In this document: positions 11,055-25,852 of the stretch, one piece after another | Layout: every line of letters starts with the position of its first letter | Numbering within the stretch: the stretch's first letter is position 1 | From: Sphagnum compactum | Taxonomy: Eukaryota | Assembly: GCA_965153455.1 (NCBI GenBank) | Contig: OZ234494.1 | Location: forward strand, 1,054,001 to 1,118,000 | Direction: 5' to 3' | Length of the DNA stretch: 64,000 bases | The notes under the pieces: generated by a model | What the model was told of the DNA's origin: nothing | Database searches by the model: none | Seen by the model: the letters and a program-made list of their open reading frames with translations, nothing else | Program-made: the position numbers and the translations under genes

Positions 11055-13161
11055 ATGCAAATGGCGAGACTGGCGTTGCTGCGGCGGAGTAGTAGCGGAC
11101 GAGAATCTGGGAGCTCGACGGAGGATCTGGTGCAATGGGTGCGGCAACAGGGAGGCCGGGTGTTGCCGGCTGTGCATCTGCAACGCCAGAATGCGCGTGG
11201 AGATTTGGGTTTGGTGGCAACGGAGGCTGTGCAGAGCGGGGAGAGTCTAATAGCTTTGCCTCCTCACATTCCATTAAGTCTTCCCATCGACGAGCCTGCG
11301 CTTGCTGCACTTGCACAGCGAGTTCCAGGTTTGCTTGCTTGCTTTCTTTCTTGCTTCTCCTCTTTTTCTTTCTTCTTTTTGTTCTTTACCATCAAGACTT
11401 TGGTTCCGACTTTTTTTTTTCCTGGGTTATTGTGTTTGGTAAGAATTGAATTGGGATTGCGGGCATTGGCGGCAGAGAAGCTTTGGGCAATGAAGTTAGG
11501 GTTGAAGCTGTTGGCTGAGAGAGCCAAGAAGCACTCCTTTTGGTGGCCTTACATTCATAAGCTGCCAGAGCGCTTCAGGATGCCTGTGTTTTTCTCTGCG
11601 GATGAGATTCATCATTCACCAGGCAACAACTCCTCTGTCCTTTCTCACAGCCATGCCTGATGCACCTTCAGAGAGAGATGATTTTTCCTTTATTTTTGCC
11701 TCCCACTGGGCCAACAATTCATGTTGGTTTTATTTGTGAGTGTTGAATTGACAGGTAAAGAAAAGATGTGAGTTCCTGCTGCAGTTTGCAGCAGAGGACA
11801 TTCCAAACATAATCAGAGATAGGGGTAATGACAAGCATCCCTTTGGAGGTCAGCAGGTAGATGCCAGTGCACTGGGCTGGGCCATGGCTGCTGTGTCTAG
11901 TCGTGCCTTCCGTGTAAAGCAGTCTGGTGAAAGTGGCTGCCCATCTCTTCTGCCACTTGTGGATATGTGCAACCATAGCTTCACCCCAACAGCACGCCTT
12001 GTACAGCATCATACCTCATCTGCTCAGTTGCTGCCTTTTTTAGAGGTGATTCCTCTCATCTCATGGATTTGCTCCAGCAGCAATAATTCTTCTTTTGTTG
12101 CTTTACAAGCTGAGTGTATGAACTTCATATCCCTGCCTTTATTATAGAGGTGATTCTTCTCATCTTATGAACTGTTCATGGATCAATCTTCTTATATTGT
12201 TGCTTCACAAGGAGTGTATGGACTTCCTTCATCCTAGGTAGACTACATGATTACTCAGGCACAGCAGCATCTTATGTTGCGTTGTTTGTTTTTGTATAGT
12301 GATTGTGTGCAGTGTGGCAGGTGGTAGCCCAACAAGACTTGGAAAGAGGGGATGCCCTTGTATTGGACTATGGCCCACTAAGCAATGACATACTACTGCT
12401 GGACTATGGTTTTGTAATCCCTAACAACCCACATGATCGTGTAGAGCTACGATTTGAGTTGCAGTTGCTGGAAGCTGCATGCTTTGCTGCTGGCCTTCAT
12501 GCTCCTTCCTCCTTCACTGAGCCTGCACCTTGGCAACATGCCCTTCTCGTGCAATTGAAGCTGCAAGGTCCTGATGCTTCTCAAATGGTTGGTTGCATTT
12601 CACCTACCTTCTCTCCTGTGCTAGTCTGCTTAATCTTTTGAATGCAGATCAAGGCTGCAAAACTGGAACATGGGATTATGGGTACTGTCAAACAACAAAC
12701 TTAACCAATGTGGGCATGCAATTGATGCTTTTGTCACATTAGGTTTGGTTGGGAGGATTTTGATGATATGGGAGCAGGTTACATTAGGAGGCAAAGAGCA
12801 AGTGGATTGTCATCTACTGGCAGCTGTTCGGCTATTGTATGCTGAGGATGGTTCAAAGATCAGGAGCATGGGTGTGGAAATGTTGCAAAGGTGGGATGCA
12901 CCTACTGCACTTTTGGGACTTGCCAATGAGTGCAAGGTGCTGCGCACTTTAGTTGGCCTTTGTATGCTTGCTACTGCTCCCTTTCCAACAAGCATCTCAG
13001 AGGATCGGGATCTCCTGAATCGAGATGATATCTCTGAGAACATTCGTTTGGCAACCGAATTCCGTACAAACAAGAAGCAACTCCTCATAAACACCATCAG
13101 CAGCCTGCAACTCAGGTTGCAGTCATTGACTATGGAAGAGCTTGTCAGTGCACCCAGGTGA
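11055..13161 (+). CDS. Plastid SET-domain lysine methyltransferase (Rubisco LSMT family, PPKMT2/At1g24610-like); apparent frameshift in exon 2
   Basis: Exons 11055-11328, 11476-11622 (GC donor), 11755-12045, 12321-12587, 12778-13161. Motifs LWAMKLGLKLL, SFWWPYI, GWAMAAVSSRAF, LLPLVDMCNHS, YGPLSNDILLLDYGFV. The exon 2/3 junction is out of phase. Confidence 0.88.
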
Positions 13162-15940
13162 TGACAGCCATCATTTTATTTACCAATCAATCTCATGGAC
13201 TGCTTTATTGATTCTTGCAGTCAGGTTCAACCCTAACAATCCCAACCTGTGTTTTGCAATCAACTTATCTTGGGTCAAAAATTGTAAATGGTGTAGAAGA
13301 TTAAATCTAGATTGAAGCAGTAGGCAGATCCCACCAGCAACTAGAACTTTTGCAGCACAGCAGCATCTATCATCATTTGTGGCACTTTAGCCCTTGTAAA
13401 AGAGCAGTTAAAAGGAGTGCAGCTGTTTTGCTAAAAGAGTCTATTAAAGTTGAAAGGGCTACTCCAACTTTTTTTTCTTGCTTTTGGTCCAAAGTTGATG
13501 ATGCATGTTCAAAGCTTTGAGAATCTACTCATGTGCTAGGTTTTTCATGCTGTTCATGCTGAGCACTGAAATATATGCTTTTGCTGAAATTAAACAGACC
13601 TGATTCTTACTTACCTTCAATTTCATTTGCAAAGATGTGACTCGGATGAATAATCACAAGAACAAATAGTCACCTACAATGGTCTGACGTACTCAAGTTG
13701 CTTTCATACTCTGCAGTCTGCAAATTGTGACTGTAGTTTCTGTGGTCACAACTTCCAATATATCTGTTCAGCAATAGTGTTTGTCTTGTTATTGAAGTTT
13801 TCCTACTGGAGTGAATCTAAAAACTATGCAACTGTGACTTTCCAAGTATATGTCATTCCAAGTCTGCAGAAGGCATTGCAATGTTGCAAGAGAAGTTTCT
13901 TGAGATTTCAATCTACTTTGAAACGCTAGCATCTCCTGATTGTCATAGAGCACAGAATGCCAAACACATTGTTAATTTTGAAGAGACATCAACTTGCAGG
14001 AAAAGTACATCACCATTGGCACATCTATGACTATAGAGCTAGGATAAATAGACATTGGACTGGTGCACATGAGAAAAGTATGTCTTGATCTTGCATGTCT
14101 GGATCTGATACAATTCTTGGCAGATTGATGTCAACAACATTCTTTCCTTGGTACCATTTTCAGTATGAATCTCTGTTGAGTCATACACTGTTCTTCCAAA
14201 CTCCAGATGGAATTCATATGCAGCAGTGTCAAAGCGCAAAGAGCATCAAATGCTCTTGTTATGACTAAGCAGTACAGGTCAAGATTTTACTTTGCAAGCC
14301 ACTGATGTCAAGAAACTTTGCAGGAGCATGTTTGGAAACTGTAGACTGCTTCTACTACCCATCACCTTTGCAACAGGGCTAACACGCATCTGTGACCAAT
14401 CAATTGCACCACATTGCAGCATCAATGAACAAAAAAATACAAATGGATGCCTTACTGAAACAATATAAGTCCGCAGTTTGGGGTGTAATGCACAGTTCAT
14501 ATGCAAGGCAATTAATGACAATCTTCACCTTGTTTGCCTGGATCAACAATAAATGAAAAGAAGTATGTGGATACCTGGAATAGCAAAAAGACCAATTGAC
14601 AAATGCTGTACTACACATCTATGTAACAAGCAGAGGTTTGAATTAAGTGATTTGAGGCAAATTACTCAAAATGTGTGTGGACAACTGCCATCATCTTCTC
14701 CTTCCTTCCTGAGTTGTGGTAAACCTCCTGAACTGCTGGTTCGGGGTACTGGTGCAACCATCTTTGCAAGATCCTTGGGTGCATCAAACTCATCCTGTGC
14801 ACACTGCTGTTGAGGATGCAACAGCAGCACACACATGTGTCTGAACTATCACACCCCAATAAATTGGTAAGACCCATGTGTCCAACCAGTTTTTCCAGAG
14901 AAATTGACGATTCCAACAGCTTTTTGGTTGTGCATTTCTCAGACATGCAAATAGCCATTGCCATCTTGCAAAAACTGTTATCCACCAAATCTATGTGGTA
15001 GGCATGCTCCATATTATTCTTCCCTGATGCTAATTTCAATCTCTGAGTGAAATGGGAATTGCATGCACCATGCCAGTGTGATTTTCTCCTCGGCCGTCGT
15101 CAGAAGTACTCAAAAATCGATAAAAGAAAACACACACGCACGAATGCGACAACCAACGATCCGGCATTCTTAAGCACATCACATTCCACAAAATGCTTCT
15201 CACACTCACTTAGGGTTTCACAGCTTCCACACAGTTTACAAAAACACACATTGCTGGAAAGACAGAGAGACAGAGACATTCATTTCTTCCATACCAGCAG
15301 TGAGAATGAGACTCTGTCTCTTAGTGTACAAACGGATTCTTAGCCCTACAAGCAGATTCTTGAGTTTACAACTCCAACTTCAAAGACAATAATGATGTTT
15401 GCATTTTGCTGAAACCAGATGATGCAGTGCTGCGTGCTTCTGCAGGAGGGGTGGGTGGATGATGGTGTGCATGTGGAAGAGTGCTACACTAGTAAGCCAA
15501 GGGAAAGCTTTGCGAGGCTGCAAAAATCCCCATACAAAGGACTTCCTCCTTTCTGGAGATTTCAAGTTCATCTTTTGGTGGTACAAAGAGCAACACCACT
15601 GTGCTCTTAAGGTACAAAATCTCTTCAACTTTTTGCCATCTGATTGATGCTACAGCTATATCATGCAATTGAAGAGACTTAATGTAGCTTCTTCTTGAGT
15701 ACCTCCCTTAAATGTTTGAAGCTTTGAAATTAGCAATCTAAAAAAGGCCTGAAGGCTGAGGCTTGTTGTCAATGGTACTGCCATGGGAAACAATGCTATG
15801 GTGCAGCTGGACGGCAGTGTAACCTGAATAGGCAATATGACAGGACTACAAGAGTTACAGTGCAGCTCAAAGTTTGTAAACTTGGTCATATTAGCTTCAA
15901 ACTCAAGGCCTCTCATGAAGGTGAATTCATCCACATCCTG

Positions 15941-18366
15941 CTAACCAGATCTCGTGCTCTCTGTTGCATAGTGGCCATATAAAGCTGGTGCATAGAGGGC
16001 AGTATTCCCTTCAACACTCAATTTCCTCTCAGTGCACAAGATGTTGAGCAACAAGGTAGCCTTGTCTCGGGCATGGTGTGTTCCCTGCTCTGCAAGCATG
16101 GTCAATGGCTCAAGAGCACCTGCCTGTAGGGCCTGTGCCCTGAAGCGAAGATTGTGGTTTGAAAGCTGCACAAGTGCAGCAGCAGCATGTGCTCGCACTA
16201 TTGCCCAGCCATCAACTCCTCCACTTGAGTTGCCATCACCACCATCTGCAGCATCACACATTCCAGTAATAAGATGCTGTACTCCAGAATGTTGTAGTCC
16301 AAGCTAATTTTTTTCTTGTCTACTTGCAAATACAATAGTAAGCAAAGGCAATGTGGACTTTCAAAAGCTTTCCACTCAGGATTAAGAAGCCTGTGGAACA
16401 GTCATTTTGAAGATTCCAAAGGCAGAAATGCCAAACAGAAATCTGTTTTTTTTTAAGCAAAAAAGAAATTTTGAAGAATAACTTTTACTCTTCAAAACAG
16501 TAGTTAAGCTTGCCATTTGAGCCATGAAAAACTCTTTTGGGCTACAAAACCTTATGAATCTATAAAACCAAGTAACAACTACTCCAAATTTGGAAGAATC
16601 TGAAACATTGAAACCCATATGAGGCAGCCAGTTCATGCTAATACCTTCAAATTCAGACTGAGAAAGATTGTCAGGAATGTCAATGTTCAAGCCTTTCAAA
16701 AATGCTCAAGTTCTACACAAGCTAACTGTGCTCATGAGGATGCCCTAAGTAGAAACCAATGGTAAGGTCTAAGATATCCAGGGGACAGAAACATGACATA
16801 CCTTGATCAAGTGGATCTGGAGATGATTTGTAAGCAATCAGGCTAATAAGGACAGCAATGCCATTGCCCTCACAAATGAGAGACCGTCCCTCTTGAGTCA
16901 CAGCCAAATTAGACAAAAGTTGTGTAGCAAGAGCGACTAGGTCAGAGGTCTTCTCTTGAAGAATTTGCAACAGAATTCCTACTGCACCTGCTTTGATCAT
17001 TTTACCACAATTGGTTTGATAGAAGGACAGTTGGTACAGAGCCTTGGCTGCATCACGCTGAGCTCCTGATGAGCCGACCCGCAGGACATGGATAAGAGGT
17101 GGTATGGCCCCCAAAACCCCTATCACCATCTTGTTTTCCTCACTGAGGGCCAGACTGCGGAATGCTCCTGTGGCATATTCCTGTGCAGCATCAGTGCCAC
17201 TCTTAAGGACATGGATAAGCGGTGGAATTGCCCCTGCCCTCACAACTCTGATTCTGTTGTCATCTGCAAGTGATAAATTCAGGATGGCAGCAACTGCATT
17301 TGTCTGTACACCAGGGTAACTACTTTGCAGGAGTGACAAGAGCGCTTTCAGCACATCTGGAGTGCAAAGGGTATCCCTGTAATCCACACTAGGATCAGTG
17401 TTTCTTGCTGAGTCTCCGAATTTTGGCGGCACCCTCCTCTTGTTCTACTGCACGTCGGTGATGCAATTTGTACAAAAGCATTTCCTCAACGTCCCCCTCT
17501 GTAGCTCCATACTCATCAGCCTCACTGATGCCATGAGATGAAAGAGTTGACAACAAACTGGACTGCTGCAGGGGAGAGGCGGCAGACCACTCCCCGCTGT
17601 TGGGATGATTGTTGTAGCTTGAAGATTGTAGAGAAGATTGATCCGTCCTAGAGGATCCACTGAACTCGCTGCTCTTATTATTAAACTCCCTGGAAGATTC
17701 TCCGGATGAGGAGGAACTCAGAGAAGAACTGCTCTGCAAACCCCGCCTCTTCCACACTGGCGTATCCAGATCTCGTGTTGTCCAGCTTGGAGCAGATGCC
17801 GCCTCATACTCTTCTTCCTCCGCCGCTTCGATGTCGCCATTCCTACCACTGAAAACATCGGATTTGTCATCGAACAGATCACGCGTCCTATCGCCAGAGA
17901 AACCAGGCCTTGCCGGATCCGAGTCGTCCCTGACTAGCGCGGCCACAGCTGATGCCGGTGCCGCTCTTGAGAGACTCAATTCCACCAATTGCCAAGCGAG
18001 GTCGGGAGACGGAGGCTGCGGCCTCGCCACCTTGTGCTTGTCGCACCACGCGACAATGGCGGTCTGCAACTGCCGATCAGGAGTGAGGGAGGTATTCTCC
18101 AAAACTACACCAGACTTGAAACAGTGATGAAACCCTAGCTGAAACCATCGCTGGATACACTGGCGCTCAAAGCTATAACCCGACGCAACAAGCACGGGCT
18201 CCGCCATCAACGACTGCGAAATCCGACACACGAACTCATCGGGTGGTAACACATTCGACAACAAACCTCCTACTCCTCCTACCCCTCCTACTTCTTTCCT
18301 ACTAGGCTTGGTGAAAGGAAGCGACCACGAGCTTTTCTTCTTCACAGTTGCCTTAAGACCTTCCAT
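15941..18366 (-). pseudogene. U-box/ARM-repeat E3 ligase (PUB38-41-like) with a frameshift at ~17402
   Basis: U-box PPDEFVCRISQSLMAEPV..., Ser-rich linker, ARM repeats (VQTNAVAAILNLSL, IGVLGAIPPLIHVL). Exons 18366-16802 and 16245-15941. The frame changes between RRLSK and NTDPSVDYR with no intron. Could be an assembly indel rather than a true pseudogene. Confidence 0.8.
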
Positions 18367-18521
18367 CGACACAAGTGCAGCAAAAACTCCGAGAGACACA
18401 CTACTGCTACATACTTCCAGCGGCGATTACGCCATCACATATAATATCCCTTTTGCTTCTAGATCGTTAATATTCATCCGCAAAAGCTGAACAAACTCTT
18501 CTAGATACGCACTAGTCAGAA

Positions 18522-18617
18522 CCTGACGCTCTCCGACATCGCCATTACTCCGTCTCGCTCCTCCCTCGTCCTGACGCGCTCCGACATCACCATTACTCCG
18601 CCTCGCTCCTCCCTCCT
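18522..18617. repeat. ~48 bp tandem duplication in the PUB leader
   Basis: CTGACGC.CTCCGACATC.CCATTACTCCG.CTCGCTCCTCCCTC occurs twice. Confidence 0.85.
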
Positions 18618-19229
18618 CAACATACAAAGAGACGAGAAGATGAGAAGAGGACATCCATCTTTTGCACATCTTTCTCTCTCTCTCTCTCTAAACAAAATCC
18701 AAAACACAAATAGAATAAAAGAAAACCCAAAAGTTACGCTAACCCAACAAGTCAACTATCCGGAGATTTTTTTTATAAATAATAGTTAAATTTTATTTTT
18801 TTAACGCGTACTAAATCAGAGGATATGGCATTAAATTGCAACTTTGTATTTCGGGGTAATTGATGCCGGTTACAAGATGTAATCATCTATTGTCTGGAGG
18901 TTTGAGAGCGTAAGCCTCTTGTTGATAGATGAAAAGTCGTGTAACCTTCTTATAAATAGATGAGAAATTGTGGTGCCAATTTGTTTAATGGATGAAAAAT
19001 CATGTTCGATGGTCAATTTTGGATGATGTTCGGATGATGCATGCCCGGGGCAAGGGAGGGAAAGAGGTTATGTATGCTTGGTGAACATTGAGTGGAGGAT
19101 GAATTAGATGCTCGAGAACGGTAAGTTGGGACAGTAAGTTGGGTAAATAATTGTCTTTTCTTTTTTCTTTTTCCAACAATATATCCAGGGTTTCTTTTTT
19201 CAATTTTGAGATATAAAATATTTGGAAAA

Positions 19230-19430
19230 AATATTAATAGGAAAATGAGAAAATTTGAAAAGATATCCAAAATTTTAAGACAAATAACCAGATTTCTAGA
19301 CATGGTTCAAGTAGGTGGCCACAAACACATAACAATTTTATTTTTCTTTTCTTGTTTTTAATAGCCAAAATTGGCTAAATTAACTCATTGATGATCACCA
19401 CCTCAGCTACATCACAAAATTGGAAGGAAT
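19230..19430. repeat. Short dispersed repeat (MITE-like), related fragment at ~53235-53410
   Basis: Shared GCTA(C/T)ATCACAAAATTGGA and similar upstream motifs. A possibly related element lies at ~41185-41483. Confidence 0.45.
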
Positions 19431-21329
19431 CACAAAGTACAAGAGTGGCAAGGGAAGCATGGTCTGACCTTGTAACTGTTGTTGCCAAATTACAGTCTTC
19501 TATTTTATTAGTCTTCTAATGTAACCCACTTTAAACAAGGAGTCAAGGCCAATGTTCAAACTCAAATCAAGCATTCCTATTGGTGCAAAGGTTGAAATCA
19601 TTCCCAAGGGCTTTACACTAGGAGTTGAGGCTGAAATAGAAAAAAACTTTTCAATCTGCCCTAAGTTAGTAATAAATGTTTGTGTTTTATGGCCTTGTAT
19701 TGGCCCCAAGGCTGAAAAAAGGATACCATCAAATTTGGGAAGCCCATTTGGAACCCTTGGGGCCAATGTTTCAACATTTATTAATATTGTGATGTCAATG
19801 TTCTAGCATTTAGTAGTAACTTGGGGCCAAACGATAAGCCCAAAAATGCTCAAAGTTGGCCCCAAGTTTTTTGGGCCCTGACTTCTAGTGTAAAAGAGGC
19901 CTTAGTGGTATTCTGATAGTTATGTTCTTTCTTGGCATGCGTTCTTGTGCCTTTATTTGCCTTGTACTTCTTGTGCATTGTTGGCCATTTTTATATACGG
20001 GTTTTTTTTCCCAAGCTCAGAAGGGGCTTGGTAGAGCTTGGTAGGGGAGGAGGGAGTTAACTTAATTTGGCTTTAACCAAATGACTTGACTAGAGTGAAC
20101 CAGCAGCCACCAGCGCACACCACAGAGGATAGACCGTGTGTGGACACATAACACTTTGACCCGTTACTAACCACCGTGGTTAGCTATGTACTAACCATCC
20201 ACATGCATCTCTACTTACCTAATAGTCACAAAGAGCTTTATGTAAGAGCATGTCCACTCACAGTAGTAAAATGGCCTTTCCAATACATTTTGGATGATAT
20301 ATTGTAATTGTAAAGCATTGCCTGGATTTTTCATTTGTATTTTCAGCTCCTTTACCTGCCTGTTTTCAGCAAGTGGGATCTTCTGTGGTGGAGCGTACCA
20401 GCCAGGCTATACTGGGATCTTCTAACCATCCGACGGTACCAGCCAGCCTGCCACTATTTTAAAAAAGTGAAAAAATCCCAGCTTTGCTCTACATAGGAAA
20501 AGGACCTGAGTACAGGCCCTTCCATGATCTTCGATTTGGCTCCCCATGGGCATCATAGTTGTAGGGGTTTATGGTTGATAATTTAATTTAATTTGCAATG
20601 ACAAAAACTACTAAAAAGTTCTATATCTCCCTCACCTCTGGTCTAAAAACTTGCAAATCACCTTCATTAAATTCTACTCACTAAGGATTCTCCAATATTA
20701 TCAAGAGCACACCCAAATTCCCCAATAATGTTTATTTTTTTATTTAAATGAATTTTTGACGAAAAAATTGTTCAATATTCACCAGCACTGAGCTCAATCT
20801 TGTTAAATGACAAGGTGCCCAATTAGAAATAAATAACATTTAAAATTAAAACTTTTGAAGCTACCCAACTTTATCATAAACTCTTTAATTATTCTTGGAA
20901 TTGGATGTTTTTTAATGAAGGATGCACAATGCTCAAGTTTAAGATTAATCCTTTGAGTAAAAGAAACTAGGTTCAAATTTGATAGTGACATTGTATCCTT
21001 TGTTCATCATTCTCAATATCATAGTACTTGAACAGATTTGACAATTTAGTGTTGAATAATTTATTTATTTATCAAAACTCATTTCGACATATAAATTATT
21101 ATTTTAAAATATTTTTGACTTAAATTGTAAAAATATTTTTATTTTTGGCATGGATGAATGTAAAATAAATTTTCATCCATTTGAAGTTCCATTCAACTCT
21201 TATGTTTCTTGATTCAATTGTTTACCTTCACAATTTTTATTCTTGTTTCCTTCTTAATTTCGTTTTCAACAAATTTAGAAAGCAAAAAGTCTAAGAAAAT
21301 ATGGTAAAACTTTACTCTTAAAAGTTTTG

Positions 21330-21960
21330 TTGAATGATATTGAAAGTTTTTGGTGGGGATTTCACTTTTGTGATTTACAAAGCTTTTGATAGAGGTCTGC
21401 AATGTCCAAATTGGGCAAAGAAAGACTACTTACAACAATGTTCAAAAACATTACAAGTGAGAAAAGAGAAGCAAAATTTAGACATGATCTACAAATTCTC
21501 AATGAGCAAGTTTGTTTTAAAGCAATTAGTTGTCAATAAACCAAATAAATGTCATTTTGGTAGGCCAAGAAAGGTTGTAATTGCAATATTATCTACATTA
21601 GAAATAAAGAAAGGGATGAGGAACTTACTAAAGACAAGAAGCAACAAAGGAGGACAAGATTGTCACCTACAAAGGATGATGGGAAGTGATGAAAGAAGAG
21701 AGGATTAAATTTGGTTACAGCCTCATTTATGGCCTCCCATTACAATTGTAATAAAAAAACATGGTAACATTTATGCAGCATTACATTTTCTGAAAACAAC
21801 GTTCAAAAGGCCCAACATGCCAAGTCCTTATGAAAAATTGAGTAGGGCATGCTTATGGGAATGGTTCATTACAAGTGGTGAATTAAAACCAAACTATGAA
21901 CATGTCTAGAGGTTGGGACAACAGTGAAATCCAACAAATAATCTATGCATTGCATTGGAG
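21330..21960 (+). mobile_element. Decayed DNA-transposon coding fragment (pogo/Tc1-mariner-like N-terminus)
   Basis: GRPRK AT-hook-like motif, then WLQPHLWPPITIVIKKHG...PYEKLSRACLWEWF across a frameshift. Family call is from recollection. Confidence 0.4.
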
Positions 21961-23894
21961 GATTATCAAAAAGTTTGTGATTCACCTGTTGTCATGTTAT
22001 GCAAAATGAAAGAAGTTAGACAACCGCTTTCAACTGACATTGTGCAATTATTCTTTATGGAATGATAGAATCTATAGCACTTGAAATCTTGCAAGAAAGT
22101 TATAGAAAGTTTATAATCACAAGAAAATAAACACATCAGTTCATAAAACAATACATGAATTGGTCTTTCAGAACAGCCACAATAGCAACAAGTAAACTAC
22201 CACCTAATTGGTCTTTCAAAACAGCCACAACAACAACAACAAATAAACTACCACCTAACTGGTTTGAACAAAGATGCAACATGGCTTCTCAAGTAGTTTA
22301 CCTGGACTTGTTTTAGTTTTAATTCCAGAGACAAGTAACTGGAATGGGTAAGAATGTTTTTGGAATCCTTCACATGGTCGTCCATGGATCATTTCAAAGA
22401 TAATTTCAGAAATAATTATCTCATTTTTAAGCCTAATTATTTCATTTTTTAAGTAATTATTTTTTAAAAATTATTTTCTAATAACTATCTCCCACCTTTC
22501 CTAATAACTACTTGCATTTTATAACTACCTCACTTTTTTATGTGTTTTTTCATGTCCATAAAATGTATATTAATTTAAATTAAATTTGACATAGACATAA
22601 ATAATAATGAATTATTGAAAATCATATGAAAACATAAAAAAAAAATTAAATAGTTGATCATCACAGGTAGTGCGCAGCAATGTGGAGCTCAAATTAATTT
22701 GTAAGGTTGAGAAGGAAACCCCCCCCCCCCCCCTAAAAACTGTGTAACCCCAAAAACTCGACGTATTTATGCAGTACTTCACATGCTGAACAAAGTTACG
22801 TAACCTGGTTGTTAAAATCTTTTTTTTTGGCAGAGATATTGCCGGTTGAAATTGATGACTTTCGTCCAAATTTGGTTGGGGCGGCCCATATTTGGCCACA
22901 TGGATTTATAGGGAGCTTAAGGGTTAGGGCTAAATAACCCCTAACCCTGCTATGGCTTAGTCAATGTTCTTCAACGAGGCACTACTGTCTGCGAATTGGA
23001 TGTGGGTGAAGATGAAGTAGTATGGGCTTGTGCATGCCCATGCACGGGCCTGAGGCCGCGCCACTCCATAACCCTAACCCTACATCCCCTAACCCAAATT
23101 CAAAAAACTCCTCGAATTTAAGCTGAAATTTTTGGCCCAAATTTGGCCGCCAAACTTTTTTACAGGTCGCCTTTAAGTGTCATGCACTGTAGTTCACCCG
23201 AGACAATGCAAATTAGATCATTCCATAGTCTCTCCCAAGGCAATAAAGAGAACTACATCCTTCCCGAGTCTATCCAAAGGCAACATGACATTGTTGAAAA
23301 CTACATGTTCCATTGTCCTCCTCAATCCCAAGGCAATGCAAACTACATTGTGCCCCAGTCTCTCCCTGGCAGAGCTAATAAAGGAGCCAAGGGAAAAAAA
23401 AAAAAAAAAAACCCTAGGGATGTGTGTAAAGGGAGGACAAAAAAAGAGGGAGGGAGGAAGAGAGAGAAAGACACAGAAAACCTTCTTATTTTAGTGACTA
23501 CTATTGGTGGGCTCTCTCACAGCTTTGGAGTTGTAGCCTAGCTCACTGTCTAAGAGTTTGTCTTTGTGATATTTTTTGGGGAGTTTTGCTGAGGGGGTGA
23601 GGGGGAAGTTGATGGAATTTGTCACACGATGATGGGAAGGAAAGCCCAATTTCTCTAAAAGTTTTTCTTTGTGGTTTTTTTTTGGGGGTAGTTTTGTTTT
23701 TTGCTGGGGGCAAAACATTCACCCCCATTCATGAACTGACCCATGGATGGACACAAAAAGTTTTGATTAAGTGAGAACTTGATTCCATCCTCAAATAATC
23801 ACAAACATTGAATTTCCATGCATCAGGTGTGCATACAATGAATCCAATATCATTGCTCAAAATTAAATGTTCCAGCATTCTGCTGGCTCTACCC

Positions 23895-25501
<1,607 letters not shown>

Positions 25502-25852
25502 GGCGACGCCTGATGATGATGACAGAAAGACCGTCTCGCGCAAGTCCTACTATCCTTGCAAACACATACAAACACAACAGAAGAAAAGAGAGCTCCAAAC
25601 CCTAACTACGAGGTATAAGTGCAGTTCCCATCTCCCGTTCAAAGCCGTCCGATCAGTCTTTCGAACCTCATCTGACCGTCTACAGTGCGACGTAGAAATG
25701 GACGGTTCAGATCATTTTTAGGCTTTCGTGCTCAGCAGATTAAGCTGCCTTTGTTCATCTCTCATTTCTCTTCCACGGTCTTGGTTTGCAGGCTTGCTGG
25801 CGACTGGAGCTTTACGTTTGTGACGGACGACGTTTCATAGTTAATAATAATC
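25502..25852. promoter_or_regulatory. Bidirectional promoter region of RPL10/RPL18 with telo-box
   Basis: 351 bp between divergent ATGs. AAACCCTAA at 25597-25605. Inverted motif pair at 25670-25712. Confidence 0.75.

Noticed and set aside
13200-15900. Possible additional gene between the SET and PUB genes
   Set aside because: Scattered splice-like sites but no coherent ORF or recognisable domain; could be UTR or lncRNA, which I cannot support from sequence alone.
17395-17432. Programmed ribosomal frameshift in the PUB gene
   Set aside because: No X XXY YYZ slippery heptamer or evident stimulator; a mutation or assembly indel is simpler.
22915-23100. True interstitial telomere or chromosome fusion scar
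   Set aside because: Only scattered CCCTAA/TTAGGG units, not a contiguous array.
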